64,000 nt of DNA from Yuukianura sp. NJ FZ-2021 (Eukaryota), in the NCBI GenBank assembly GCA_046563655.1, contig CM102289.1, positions 2,976,001-3,040,000 on the forward strand, given 5' to 3'. Of the stretch, positions 63,554-64,000 are shown one piece after another. Positions within the stretch are counted from its first letter, which is position 1, and each line of letters starts with the position of its first letter. The notes under the pieces are model-generated. The model had not been told where the DNA came from. It ran no database searches and saw nothing but the letters and a program-made list of their open reading frames with translations. A program made the translations under genes and the position numbers.

Positions 63554-64000
63554 TTACTTTTTCTTTCTAGTCATGTCAATTTTTGGTTTTGCTTTTGAAA
63601 TGAACTGCAAAATCGCTTTGAACAAAAGCAGCAAAGCTTTGTATAGAATGCAGATTATGACAACCAGAGTTGCTGAAAGGAAACCAATCACATCCAAAGA
63701 ATAGTACTGAAAAAAGTTCAAATCTCTGGCGGCTGAGCGTAAATGGTGTGCACCTAAGTAAAAGTGCAAAATGAACGTCAAACGTCGTCATTTTATACAC
63801 GCACAAAGAAATCGTACAACTGATGATAGTTTTCTACTGACCTTTGTGTCTTATTACGTATTCGGACCAAAACACTGCACGATCCAGAGGATGATTTGGT
63901 TGGTCCTGGAAAGTTTTTGAAACAGCCAACGCTCTTTCCTTGTAACTAAAATGAGAAACGTTGCCACATAAATTGTACAATTTTTCTCTTCATGTAGCCG
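63554..64000 (-). CDS. UDP-glycosyltransferase, 3' exons (gene continues beyond window)
   Basis: '[38 protein letters not shown]', then a TM helix and a KKK ER-retention tail. Confidence 0.92.

Overview
AT-rich, intron-containing animal (arthropod-like) genomic DNA with short GT-AG introns. Gene content suggests a soil hexapod such as a springtail, but this is inference. From left to right: an SLC22 organic-cation transporter; a nearly intronless bacterial-looking gamma-glutamylcyclotransferase-family gene; a frameshifted multi-TM chemoreceptor-like gene; two lipocalins; two tandem arrays of class-A aminergic-like GPCRs (5 on minus, 3 on plus), with a PHB-depolymerase-like gene and a Cys/Met-rich secreted peptide inside the first array. 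Next comes a contiguous enzyme block: GMC oxidoreductase, a ~3000-aa highly reducing type I PKS (KS-AT-DH-cMT-ER-KR-ACP-thioester reductase), an HHxxxDG (WS/DGAT-like) acyltransferase and a CYP2-clan P450. The window ends with a CBM14 + bacterial-type GH18 chitinase, SMCO4, ANKRD39, a GFRP-like gene and the 3' end of a UGT. Several MITEs and a LINE fragment are present. The leading candidate for a new system is an animal polyketide biosynthetic gene cluster (33.3-57.9 kb). Exon boundaries were read by eye and are approximate.
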